This document shows, in pieces, positions 1-14,000 of a stretch of 64,000 bases of DNA; within the stretch, counting starts at the first letter, position 1; every line of letters starts with the position of its first letter. The translations under genes and the position numbers were made by a program. The stretch lies in NCBI GenBank assembly GCA_964247055.1, contig OZ176056.1, positions 496,001-560,000 of the forward strand. Direction: 5' to 3'. Below the pieces are notes generated by a model, which saw only the letters and a program-made list of their open reading frames with translations, searched no databases and was not told where the DNA came from. The DNA is from Paragordius varius (taxonomy: Eukaryota; Animalia; Nematomorpha).

Positions 1-178
1 CCTTAAAAATCGGATATTGGTCACCGGTGCACAAATTTATTTTTTATATATTCTCTTAGTAAGACTACATCAAAATATAGAGATAGTTTGACAAACTCTT
101 TCATATCCGATTTTTACAACGATACTTTAAAAATTAATGTATAAAACTAGTCGCATCAATACTCAAGTTAAACTTTGT
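1..178 (+). repeat. Representative monomer. Consensus: CCTTAAAAATCGGATATTGGTCACCGGTGAACAAAATTATTTTTTATACATTCTCTTAGTAAGACTACATCAAAATATAGAGATAGTTTGACAAACTCTTTCATATCCGATTTTTACAACGATACTTTAAAAATTAATGTATAAAACTAGTCGCATCAATACTCAAGTTAAACTTTGT
   Basis: Consensus read by eye across many copies. Hand count: 29 C + 20 G in 178 bp (~27.5% GC), 5 CpG. The monomer phase is arbitrary. Confidence 0.95.
4..116. repeat. Perfect 14-bp inverted repeat in each monomer: TAAAAATCGGATAT (4-17) / ATATCCGATTTTTA (103-116)
   Basis: The two arms are exact reverse complements, 85 bp apart within a monomer and 65 bp apart across the monomer junction (117-181). Confidence 0.95.
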
Positions 179-198
179 CCTTAAAAATCGGATATTGG

Positions 199-354
199 TC
201 ACCGGTGAAAAAAATTATTTTATATACATTCTCTTAGTAAGACTACATCAAAATATAGAGATAGTTTGACAAACTCTTTCCTATCCGATTTTTACAACGA
301 TACTTTAAAAATTATGGTATTAAACCAGTCGCATCAATACTCAAGTTAAACTTT
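199..354. other. Short palindromes in the monomer (second copy shown): TCACCGGTGA (10 bp), AGTTTG-A-CAAACT (6+1+6), AAGTT-A-AACTT (5+1+5)
   Basis: Read directly from the sequence. They are present in most monomers and broken in some variants (CACGGGTG, CACAGGTG, GACTAAC, GCTAAACATT). Confidence 0.85.
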
Positions 355-2939
355 GTCCTTACAAATCGGATATTGGTCACCGGTGAACAAAATTATTTTT
401 TAAACATTCTCTTAGTAAGACTACATCAAAATATAGAAATAGTTTGACAAACTCTTTCATATCCGATTTTTACAACGATACTTAAAAATTAATGTATTAA
501 ACTAGTCGCATCAATACTCAAGCTAAACATTGTCCTTAAAAATCGGATATTGGTCACCGGTGAACAAAACTATTTTTTATACATTCTCTTAGTAAGACTA
601 CATCAAAATATAGAGATAGTTTGACAAACTCTTTCATATCCGATTTTTACAACGATACTTAAAAATTAATGTATTAAACTAGTCGCATCAATACTCAAGC
701 TAAACATTGTCCTTAAAAATCGGATATTGGTCACCGGTGAACAAAACTATTTTTTATACATTCTCTTAGTAAGACTACATCAAAATATAGAGATAGTTTG
801 ACTAACTCTTTCATATCCGATTTTTACAACGATACTTTAAAAATTAATGTATTAAACTAGTCGCATCAATACTCAAGTTAAACTTTGTCCTTAAAAATCG
901 GATATTGGTCACGGGTGAACCAAATTATTTTTTATACATTCTCTTACTAAGACTACATCAAAATATAGAGATAGTTTGACTAACTCTTTCATATCCGATT
1001 TTTACAACGATACTTAAAAATTAATGTATTAAACTAGTCGCATCAATACTCAAGCTAAACATTGTCCTTAAAAATCGGATATTGGTCACCGGTGAACAAA
1101 ATTATTTTTTATACATTCTCTTAGTAGGACTACATCAAAATATAGAGATAGTTTGACAAACTCTTTCATATCCGATTTTTACAACGATACTTAAAAATTA
1201 ATGTTTTAAACTAGTCGCATCAATACTCAAGCTAAACATTGTTCTTAAAAATCGGATATTGGTCACCGGTGAACAAAACTATTTTTTATACATTCTCTTA
1301 GTAAGACTACATCAAAATATAGAGATAGTTTGACAAACTCTTTCATATCCGATTTTTACAACGATACTTTAAAAATTAATGTATTAAATTAGTCGCATCA
1401 ATACTCAAGTTAAACTTTGTCCTTAAAAATCGGATATTGGTCACGGGTGAACAAAACTATTTTTTATACATTCTCTTTGTAAGACTACATCAAAATATAG
1501 ATATAGTTTGACAAACTCTTTCATATCCGATTTTTACAACGATACTTTAAAAATTAATGTATTAAATTAGTCGCATCAATACTCAAGTTAAACTTTGTCC
1601 TTAAAAATCGGATATTGGTCACCGGTGAACAAAATTATATTTTATACTTTCTCTTAGTAAGACTACATCAAAATATAGAAATAGTTTGACAAACTCTTTC
1701 ATATCCGATTTTTACAATGATACTTTAAAAATTATGGTATTAAACCAGTCGCATCAATACTCAAGTTAAACTTTGTCCTTAAAAATCGGATATTGGTCAC
1801 CGGTGAACAAAACTATTTTTTATACATTCTCTTAGTAAGACTACATCAACTATAGAGATAATTTGACAAACTCTTTCAAATCCGATTTTTACAACGATAC
1901 TTTAAAAATTAATGTATATAACTAGTCGTATCAATAAATCGCATCAATACTCAAGTTAAACTTTGTCCTTAAAAATCGGATATTGGTCACCGGTGAACAA
2001 AATTATTTTTTATACATTCTCTTAGTAGGACTACATCAAAATATAGAAATAGTTTGACAAACTCTTTCATATCCGATTTTTACAACGATACTTTAAAAAT
2101 TAATGTATTAAACCAGTCGCATCAATACTCAAGTTAAACTTTGTCCTTAAAAATCGGATATTGGTCACCGGTGCACAAATTTATTTTTTATATATTCTCT
2201 TAGTAAGACTACATCAAAATATAGAGATAGTTTGGCAAACTGTTTCATATCCGATTTTTACAACGATACTTTAAAAATTAATGTATAAAACTAGTCGCAT
2301 CAATACTCAAGTTAAAATTTGTCCTTAAAAATCGGATATTGGTCACCGGTGAACAAAATTATTTTTTATACATTCTCTTAGTAAGACTACATCAAAATAT
2401 AGAAATAGTTTGACAAACTCTTTCATATCCGATTTTTACAACGATACTTAAAAATTAATGTTTTAAACTAGTCGCATCAATACTCAAGCTAAACATTGTT
2501 CTTAAAAATCGGATATTGGTCACCGGTGAACAAAACTATTTTTTATACATTCTCTTAGTAAGACTACATCAAAATATAGAGATAGTTTGACAAACTCTTT
2601 CATATCCGATTTTTACAACGATACTTTAAAAATTAATGTATTAAATTAGTCGCATCAATACTCAAGTTAAACTTTGTCCTTAAAAATCGGATATTGGTCA
2701 CCGGTGAACAAAACTATTTTTTATACATTCTCTTAGTAAGACTACATCAAAATATAGAGATAGTTTGACAAACTCTTTCATATCCGATTTTTACAACGAT
2801 ACTTTAAAAATTAATGTATTAAATTAGTCGCATCAATACTCAAGTTAAACTTTGTCTTTAAAAATCGGATATTGGTCACGGGTGAACAAAATTATTTTTT
2901 ATACATTCTCTTAGTAAGACTACATCAAAATATAGAAAT

Positions 2940-5900
2940 AGTTTGACAAACTCTTTCATATCCGATTTTTACAACGATACTTAAAAATTAATGTTTTAAA
3001 CTAGTCGCATCAATACTCAAGCTAAACATTGTTCTTAAAAATCGGATATTGGTCACCGGTGAACAAAACTATTTTTTATACATTCTCTTAGTAAGACTAC
3101 ATCAAAATATAGAGATAGTTTGACAAACTCTTTCATATCCGATTTTTACAACGATACTTTAAAAATTAATGTATTAAATTAGTCGCATCAATACTCAAGT
3201 TAAACTTTGTCCTTAAAAATCGGATATTGGTCACGGGTGAACAAAACTATTTTTTATACATTCTCTTAGTAAGACTACATCAAAATATAGATATAGTTTG
3301 ACAAACTCTTTCATATCCGATTTTTACAACGATACTTTTTTAAAATTATGGTATTAAACCAGTCGCATCAATACTCAAGTTAAACTTTGTCCTTAAAAAT
3401 CGGATATTGGTCACCGGTGAACAAAATTATTTTATATACTCTTAGTAAGACTACATCAAAATATAGAGATAGTTTGACAAACTCTTTCATATCCGATTTT
3501 TACAACGATACTTTAAAAATTATGGTATTAAACCAGACAATCAATACTCAAGTTAAAATTTGTCCTTAAAAATCGGATATTGGTCACCGGTGAACAAAAT
3601 TATATTTTATACATTCTCTTAGTAAGACTACATCAAAATATAGAAATAGTTTGACAAACTCTTTCATATCCGATTTTTACAATGATACTTTAAAAATTAT
3701 GGTATTAAACCAGTCGCATCAATACTCAAGTTAAACTTTGTCCTTAAAAATCGGATATTGGTCACCGGTGAACAAAACTATTTTTTATACATTCTCTTAG
3801 TAAGACTACATCAACTATAGAGATAATTTGACAAACTCTTTCAAATCCGATTTTTACAACGATACTTTAAAAATTAATGTATATAACTAGTCGTATCAAT
3901 AAATCGCATCAATACTCAAGTTAAACTTTGTCCTTAAAAATCGGATATTGGTCACCGGTGAACAAAATTATTTTTTATACATTCTCTTAGTAGGACTACA
4001 TCAAAATATAGAGATAGTTTGGGAAACTGTTTCATATCCGATTTTTACAACGATACTTTAAAAATTAATGTATAAAACTAGTCGCATCAATACTCAAGTT
4101 AAACTTTGTCCTTAAAAATCGAATATTGGTCACCGGTGAACAAAATTATTCTTTATACATTCTCTTAGTTTACTACATCAAAATATAGAAATAGTTTGAC
4201 AAACTCTTTCATATCCGATTTTTACAACGATATTAAAAATTAATGTATTAAACCAGTCGCATCAATACTCAAGTTAAACTTTGTCCTTAAAAATCGGATA
4301 TTGGTCACCGGTGCACAAATTTATTTTTTATATATTCTCTTAGTAAGACTACATCAAAATATAGAGATAGTTTGACAAACTCTTTCATATCCGATTTTTA
4401 CAACGATACTTTAAAAATTAATGTATAAAACTAGTCGCATCAATACTCAAGTTAAACTTTGTCCTTAAAAATCGGATATTGGTCACCGGTGAAAAAAATT
4501 ATTTTATATACATTCTCTTAGTAAGACTACATCAAAATATAGAGATAGTTTGACAAACTCTTTCCTATCCGATTTTTACAACGATACTTTAAAAATTATG
4601 GTATTAAACCAGTCGCATCAATACTCAAGTTAAACTTTGTCCTTACAAATCGGATATTGGTCACCGGTGAACAAAATTATTTTTTAAACATTCTCTTAGT
4701 AAGACTACATCAAAATATAGAAATAGTTTGACAAACTCTTTCATATCCGATTTTTACAACGATACTTAAAAATTAATGTATTAAACTAGTCGCATCAATA
4801 CTCAAGCTAAACATTGTCCTTAAAAATCGGATATTGGTCACCGGTGAACAAAACTATTTTTTATACATTCTCTTAGTAAGACTACATCAAAATATAGAGA
4901 TAGTTTGACAAACTCTTTCATATCCGATTTTTACAACGATACTTAAAAATTTATGTATTAAACTAGTCGCATCAATACTCAAGCTAAACATTGTCCTTAA
5001 AAATCGGATATTGGTCACCGGTGAACAAAACTATTTTTTATACATTCTCTTAGTAAGACTACATCAAAATATAGAGATAGTTTGACTAACTCTTTCATAT
5101 CCGATTTTTACAACGATACTTTAAAAATTAATGTATTAAACTAGTCGCATCAATACTCAAGTTAAACTTTGTCCTTAAAAATCGGATATTGGTCACGGGT
5201 GAACCAAATTATTTTTTATACATTCTCTTACTAAGACTACATCAAAATATAGAGATAGTTTGACTAACTCTTTCATATCCGATTTTTACAACGATACTTA
5301 AAAATTAATGTATTAAACTAGTCGCATCAATACTCAAGCTAAACATTGTCCTTAAAAATCGGATATTGGTCACCGGTGAACAAAATTATTTTTTATACAT
5401 TCTCTTAGTAGGACTACATCAAAATATAGAGATAGTTTGACAAACTCTTTCATATCCGATTTTTACAACGATACTTAAAAATTAATGTTTTAAACTAGTC
5501 GCATCAATACTCAAGCTAAACATTGTTCTTAAAAATCGGATATTGGTCACCGGTGAACAAAACTATTTTTTATACATTCTCTTAGTAAGACTACATCAAA
5601 ATATAGAGATAGTTTGACAAACTCTTTCATATCCGATTTTTACAACGATACTTTAAAAATTAATGTATTAAATTAGTCGCATCAATACTCAAGTTAAACT
5701 TTGTCCTTAAAAATCGGATATTGGTCACGGGTGAACAAAACTATTTTTTATACATTCTCTTAGTAAGACTACATCAAAATATAGATATAGTTTGACAAAC
5801 TCTTTCATATCCGATTTTTACAACGATACTTTTTTAAAATTATGGTATTAAACCAGTCGCATCAATACTCAAGTTAAACTTTGTCCTTAAAAATCGGATA

Positions 5901-7860
5901 TTGGTCACCGGTGAACAAAATTATTTTATATACTCTTAGTAAGACTACATCAAAATATAGAGATAGTTTGACAAACTCTTTCATATCCGATTTTTACAAC
6001 GATACTTTAAAAATTATGGTATTAAACCAGACAATCAATACTCAAGTTAAAATTTGTCCTTAAAAATCGGATATTGGTCACCGGTGAACAAAATTATATT
6101 TTATACATTCTCTTAGTAAGACTACATCAAAATATAGAAATAGTTTGACAAACTCTTTCATATCCGATTTTTACAATGATACTTTAAAAATTATGGTATT
6201 AAACCAGTCGCATCAATACTCAAGTTAAACTTTGTCCTTAAAAATCGGATATTGGTCACCGGTGAACAAAACTATTTTTTATACATTCTCTTAGTAAGAC
6301 TACATCAACTATAGAGATAATTTGACAAACTCTTTCAAATCCGATTTTTACAACGATACTTTAAAAATTAATGTATATAACTAGTCGTATCAATAAATCG
6401 CATCAATACTCAAGTTAAACTTTGTCCTTAAAAATCGGATATTGGTCACCGGTGAACAAAATTATTTTTTATACATTCTCTTAGTAGGACTACATCAAAA
6501 TATAGAGATAGTTTGGGAAACTGTTTCATATCCGATTTTTACAACGATACTTTAAAAATTAATGTATAAAACTAGTCGCATCAATACTCAAGTTAAACTT
6601 TGTCCTTAAAAATCGAATATTGGTCACCGGTGAACAAAATTATTCTTTATACATTCTCTTAGTTTACTACATCAAAATATAGAAATAGTTTGACAAACTC
6701 TTTCATATCCGATTTTTACAACGATACTTTAAAAATTAATGTATTAAACCAGTCGCATCAATACTCAAGTTAAACTTTGTCCTTAAAAATCGGATATTGG
6801 TCACCGGTGCACAAATTTATTTTTTATATATTCTCTTAGTAAGACTACATCAAAATATAGAGATAGTTTGACAAACTCTTTCATATCCGATTTTTACAAC
6901 GATACTTTAAAAATTAATGTATAAAACTAGTCGCATCAATACTCAAGTTAAATTTTGTCCTTAAAAATCGGATATTGGTCACCGGTGAAAAAAATTATTT
7001 TATATACATTCTCTTAGTAAGACTACATCAAAATATAGAGATAGTTTGACAAACTCTTTCCTATCCGATTTTTACAACGATACTTTAAAAATTATGGTAT
7101 TAAACCAGTCGCATCAATACTCAAGTTAAACTTTGTCCTTACAAATCGGATATTGGTCACCGGTGAACAAAATTATTTTTTAAACATTCTCTTAGTAAGA
7201 CTACATCAAAATATAGAAATAGTTTGACAAACTCTTTCATATCCGATTTTTACAACGATACTTAAAAATTAATGTATTAAACTAGTCGCATCAATACTCA
7301 AGCTAAACATTGTCCTTAAAAATCGGATATTGGTCACCGGTGAACAAAACTATTTTTTATACATTCTCTTAGTAAGACTACATCAAAATATAGAGATAGT
7401 TTGACAAACTCTTTCATATCCGATTTTTACAACGATAATTAAAAATTAATGTATTAAACTAGTCGCATCAATACTCAAGCTAAACATTGTCCTTAAAAAT
7501 CGGATATTGGTCACCGGTGAACAAAACTATTTTTTATACATTCTCTTAGTAAGACTACATCAAAATATAGAGATAGTTTGACTAACTCTTTCATATCCGA
7601 TTTTTACAACGATACTTTAAAAATTAATGTATTAAACTAGTCGCATCAATACTCAAGTTAAACTTTGTCCTTAAAAATCGGATATTGGTCACGGGTGAAC
7701 CAAATTATTTTTTATACATTCTCTTACTAAGACTACATCAAAATATAGAGATAGTTTGACTAACTCTTTCATATCCGATTTTTACAACGATACTTAAAAA
7801 TTAATGTATTAAACTAGTCGCATCAATACTCAAGCTAAACATTGTCCTTAAAAATCGGAT
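2940..7860 (+). repeat. 14-monomer HOR, period 2,494-2,496 bp, ~2 copies; a related partial copy starts at position 1
   Basis: ORF marker 3387->5881 (2,494). The GGTGCACAAATTT monomer is at 4285->6781 (2,496). The ordered series GCAC / GAAAAAAA / CCTTACAAAT starts at 1, 4285 and 6781. Confidence 0.85.
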
Positions 7861-8019
7861 ATTGGTCACCGGTGAACAAAACTATTTTTTATACATTCTC
7901 TTAGTAAGACTACATCAAAATATAGAGATAGTTTGACAAACTCTTTCATATCCGATTTTTACAACGATAATTAAAAATTAATGTATTAAACTAGTCGCAT
8001 CAATACTCAAGCTAAACAT

Positions 8020-11000
8020 TGTCCTTAAAAATCGGATATTGGTCACCGGTGAACAAAATTATTTTTTATACATTCTCTTAGTAGGACTACATCAAAATAT
8101 AGAGATAGTTTGGCAAACTGTTTCATATCCGATTTTTACAACGATACTTTAAAAATTAATGTATAAAACTAGTCGCATCAATACTCAAGTTAAACTTTGT
8201 CCTTAAAAATCGAATATTGGTCACCGGTGAACAAAATTATTTTTTATACATTCTCTTAGTAAGACTACATCAAAATATAGAAATAGTTTGACAAACTCTT
8301 TCTTATCCGATTTTTACAACGATATTTAAAAATTAATGTATTAAACTAGTCGCATCAATACTCAAGCTAAACATTGTCCTTAAAAATCGGATATTGGTCA
8401 CCGGTGAACAAAAATATTTTTTATACATTCTCTTAGTAAGACTACATCAAAATATAGAGATAGTTTGACTAACCCTTTATTAAACTAGTCGCATCAATAC
8501 TCAAGTTAAACTTTGTCCTTAAAAATCGGATATTGGTCACGGGTGAACAAAATTATTTTTTATACATTCTCTTAGTAAGACTACATCAAAATATAGAGAT
8601 AGTTTGACAAACTCTTTCATATCCGATTTTGACAACGATACTTTAAAAATTATGGTATTAAACCAGTCGCATCAATACTCAAGTTAAACTTTGTCCTTAA
8701 AAATCGGATATTGGTCACCGGTGAACAAAATTATTTTTTATACTCTTAGTAAGACTACATCAAAATATAGAGATAGTTTGACAAACTCTTTCATATCCGA
8801 TTTTTACAACGATACTTTAAAAATTATGGTATTAAACCAGACAATCAATACTCAAGTTAAAATTTGTCCTTAAAAATCGGATATTGGTCACCGGTGAACA
8901 AAATTATTTTTTATACATTCTCTTAGTAAGACTACATCAAAATATAGAGATAGTTTTACAAACTCTTTAATATCCGATTTTTACAACGATACTTTAAAAA
9001 TTAATGTATTAAACTATTCGCATCAATACTCAAGTTAAACTTTGTCCTTAAAAATCGGATATTGGTCACCGGTGAACAAAATGATTTTTTATACATTCTC
9101 TTAGTAAGACTACATCAAAATATAGAGATAGTTTGACAAACTCTTTCATATCCGATTTTTACAACGATACTTTTATAAAATTATGGTATTAAACCAGTCG
9201 CATCAATACTCAAGTTAAACTTTGTCCTTAAAAATCGGATATTGGTCACCGGTGAACAAAATTATTTTTTATACTCTTAGTAAGACTACATCAAAATATA
9301 GAGATAGTTTGACAAACTCTTTCATCTCCGATTTTTACAACGATACTTTAAAAATTATGGTATTAAACCAGTCGCATTAATACTCAAGTTAAACTTTGTC
9401 CTTAAAAATCGGATATTGGTCACCGGTGAACAAAATTATTTTATATACATTCTCTTAGTAAGACTACATCAAAATATAGAGATAGTTTGACTAACTCTTT
9501 CATATCCGATTTTTACAACGATACTTAAAAATTAATGTATTAAACTAGTCGCATCAATACTCAAGCTAAACATTGTCCTTAAAAATCGGATATTGGTCAC
9601 CGGTGAACAAAATTATTTTTTATACATTCTCTTAGTAGGACTACATCAAAATATAGAGATAGTTTGGCAAACTGTTTCATATCCGATTTTTACAACGATA
9701 CTTTAAAAATTAATGTATAAAACTAGTCGCATCAATACTCAAGTTAAACTTTGTCCTTAAAAATCGAATATTGGTCACCGGTGAACAAAATTATTTTTTA
9801 TACATTCTCTTAGTAAGACTACAGCAATAGAGATAGTTTGACAAACTCTTTCATATCCGATTTTTACAACGATACTTTAAAAATTAATGTATAAAACTAG
9901 TCGTATCAATACTCAAGCTAAACATTGTCCTTAAAAATCGGATATTGGTCACCGGTGAACAAAACTATTTTTTATACATTCTCTTAGTAAGACTACATCA
10001 AAATATAGAGATAGTTTGACAAACTCTTTCATATCCGATTTTTACAACGATACTTAAAAATTAATGTATTAAACTAGTCGCATCAATACTCAAGCTAAAC
10101 ATTGTCCTTAAAAATCGGATATTGGTCACCGGTGAACAAAACTATTTTTTATACATTCTCTTAGTAAGACTACATCAAAATATAGAGATAGTTTGACTAA
10201 CTCTTTCATATCCGATTTTTACAACGATACTTAAAAATTAATGTATTAAACTAGTCGCATCAATACTCAAGCTAAACATTGTCCTTAAAAATCGGATATT
10301 GGTCACCGGTGAACAAAACTATTTTTTATACATTCTCTTAGTAAGACTACATCAAAATATAGAGATAGTTTGACTAACTCTTTCATATCCGATTTTTACA
10401 ACGATACTTTAAAAATTAATGTATTAAACTAGTCGCATCAATACTCAAGTTAAACTTTGTCCTTAAAAATCGGATATTGGTCACGGGTGAACCAAATTAT
10501 TTTTTATACATTCTCTTACTAAGACTACATCAAAATATAGAGATAGTTTGACTAACTCTTTCATATCCGATTTTTACAACGATACTTAAAAATTAATGTA
10601 TTAAACTAGTCGCATCAATACTCAAGCTAAACATTGTCCTTAAAAATCGGATATTGGTCACCGGTGAACAAAACTATTTTTTATACATTCTCTTAGTAAG
10701 ACTACATCAAAATATAGAGATAGTTTGACTAACTCTTTCATATCCGATTTTTACAACGATACTTTAAAAATTAATGTATTAAACTAGTCGCATCAATACT
10801 CAAGTTAAACTTTGTCCTTAAAAATCGGATATTGGTCACGGGTGAACCAAATTATTTTTTATACATTCTCTTACTAAGACTACATCAAAATATAGAGATA
10901 GTTTGACTAACTCTTTCATATCCGATTTTTACAACGATACTTAAAAATTAATGTATTAAACTAGTCGCATCAATACTCAAGCTAAACATTGTCCTTAAAA

Positions 11001-14000
11001 ATCGGATATTGGTCACCGGTGAACAAAATTATTTTTTATACATTCTCTTAGTAGGACTACATCAAAATATAGAGATAGTTTGGCAAACTGTTTCATATCC
11101 GATTTTTACAACGATACTTTAAAAATTAATGTATAAAACTAGTCGCATCAATACTCAAGTTAAACTTTGTCCTTAAAAATCGAATATTGGTCACCGGTGA
11201 ACAAAATTATTTTTTATACATTCTCTTAGTAAGACTACATCAAAATATAGAAATAGTTTGACAAACTCTTTCTTATCCGATTTTTACAACGATACTTAAA
11301 AATTAATGTATTAAACTAGTCGCATCAATACTCAAGCTAAACATTGTCCTTAAAAATCGGATATTGGTCACCGGTGAACAAAACTATTTTTTATACATTC
11401 TCTTAGTAAGACTACATCAAAATATAGAGATAGTTTGACTAACCCTTTATAAAACTAGTCGCATCAATACTCAAGTTAAACTTTGTCCTTAAAAATCGGA
11501 TATTGGTCACGGGTGAACAAAATTATTTTTTATACATTCTCTTAGTAAGACTACATCAAAATATAGAGATAGTTTGACAAACTCTTTCATATCCGATTTT
11601 GACAACGATACTTTAAAAATTATGGTATTAAACCAGTCGCATCAATACTCAAGTTAAACTTTGTCCTTAAAAATCGGATATTGGTCACCGGTGAACAAAA
11701 TTATTTTTTATACTCTTAGTAAGACTACATCAAAATATAGAGATAGTTTGACAAACTCTTTCATATGCGATTTTTACAACGATACTTTAAAAATTATGGT
11801 ATTAAACCAGACAATCAATACTCAAGTTAAAATTTGTCCTTAAAAATCGGATATTGGTCACCGGTGAACAAAATTATTTTTTATACATTCTCTTAGTAAG
11901 ACTACATCAAAATATAGAGATAGTTTTACAAACTCTTTAATATCCGATTTTTACAACGATACTTTAAAAATTAATGTATTAAACTATTCGCATCAATACT
12001 CAAGTTAAACTTTGTCCTTAAAAATCGGATATTGGTCACCGGTTAACAAAATGATTTTTTATACATTCTCTTAGTAAGACTACATCAAAATATAGAGATA
12101 GTTTGACAAACTCTTTCATATCCGATTTTTACAACGATACTTTTATAAAATTATGGTATTAAACCAGTCGCATCAATACTCAAGTTAAACTTTGTCCTTA
12201 AAAATCGGATATTGGTCACCGGTGAACAAAATTATTTTTTATACTCTTAGTAAGACTACATCAAAATATAGAGATAGTTTGACAAACTCTTTCATCTCCG
12301 ATTTTTACAACGATACTTTAAAAATTATGGTATTAAACCAGTCGCATTAATACTCAAGTTAAACTTTGTCCTTAAAAATCGGATATTGGTCACCGGTGAA
12401 CAAAATTATTTTATATACATTCTCTTAGTAAGACTACATCAAAATATAGAGATAGTTTGACTAACTCTTTCATATCCGATTTTTACAACGATACTTAAAA
12501 ATTAATGTATTAAACTAGTCGCATCAATACTCAAGCTAAACATTGTCCTTAAAAATCGGATATTGGTCACCGGTGAACAAAATTATTTTTTATACATTCT
12601 CTTAGTAGGACTACATCAAAATATAGAGATAGTTTGGCAAACTGTTTCATATCCGATTTTTACAACGATACTTTAAAAATTAATGTATAAAACTAGTCGC
12701 ATCAATACTCAAGTTAAACTTTGTCCTTAAAAATCGAATATTGGTCACCGGTGAACAAAATTATTTTTTATACATTCTCTTAGTAAGACTACAGCAATAG
12801 AGATAGTTTGACAAACTCTTTCATATCCGATTTTTACAACGATACTTTAAAAATTAATGTATAAAACTAGTCGTATCAATACTCAAGCTAAACATTGTCC
12901 TTAAAAATCGGATATTGGTCACCGGTGAACAAAACTATTTTTTATACATTCTCTTAGTAAGACTACATCAAAATAAAGAGATAGTTTGACAAACTCTTTC
13001 ATATCCGATTTTTACAACGATACTTAAAAATTAATGTATTAAACTAGTCGCATCAATACTCAAGCTAAACATTGTCCTTAAAAATCGGATATTGGTCACC
13101 GGTGAACAAAACTATTTTTTATACATTCTCTTAGTAAGACTACATCAAAATATAGAGATAGTTTGACTAACTCTTTCATATCCGATTTTTACAACGATAC
13201 TTTAAAAATTAATGTATTAAACTAGTCGCATCAATACTCAAGTTAAACTTTGTCCTTAAAAATCGGATATTGGTCACGGGTGAACCAAATTATTTTTTAT
13301 ACATTCTCTTACTAAGACTACATCAAAATATAGAGATAGTTTGACTAACTCTTTCATATCCGATTTTTACAACGATACTTAAAAATTAATGTATTAAACT
13401 AGTCGCATCAATACTCAAGCTAAACATTGTCCTTAAAAATCGGATATTGGTCACCGGTGAACAAAATTATTTTTTATACATTCTCTTAGTAGGACTACAT
13501 CAAAATATAGAGATAGTTTGGCAAACTGTTTCATATCCGATTTTTACAACGATACTTTAAAAATTAATGTATAAAACTAGTCGCATCAATACTCAAGTTA
13601 AACTTTGTCCTTAAAAATCGAATATTGGTCACCGGTGAACAAAATTATTTTTTATACATTCTCTTAGTAAGACTACATCAAAATATAGAAATAGTTTGAC
13701 AAACTCTTTCTTATCCGATTTTTACAACGATACTTAAAAATTAATGTATTAAACTAGTCGCATCAATACTCAAGCTAAACATTGTCCTTAAAAATCGGAT
13801 ATTGGTCACCGGTGAACAAAACTATTTTTTATACATTCTCTTAGTAAGACTACATCAAAATATAGAGATAGTTTGACTAACCCTTTATTAAACTAGTCGC
13901 ATCAATACTCAAGTTAAACTTTGTCCTTAAAAATCGGATATTGGTCACGGGTGAACAAAATTATTTTTTATACATTCTCTTAGTAAGACTACATCAAAAT

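Noticed and set aside
8-30. CENP-B box
   Set aside because: The consensus NTTCGNNNNANNCGGGN needs CpGs 9 bp apart. Here the pairs are 14 bp (11/25) and 12 bp (108/120) apart, and the TTCG/CGGG context is missing.
1-178. Identity with Arabidopsis CEN178, primate alpha satellite or Brassica CentBr
   Set aside because: Only the length is similar. I recognise no shared sequence (comparison from memory; BLAST is needed to be definitive).
1-178. Phased A-tract curvature
   Set aside because: There are many A/T runs, but I could not see a consistent ~10.5-bp periodicity by eye. A Fourier or bendability calculation would be needed.
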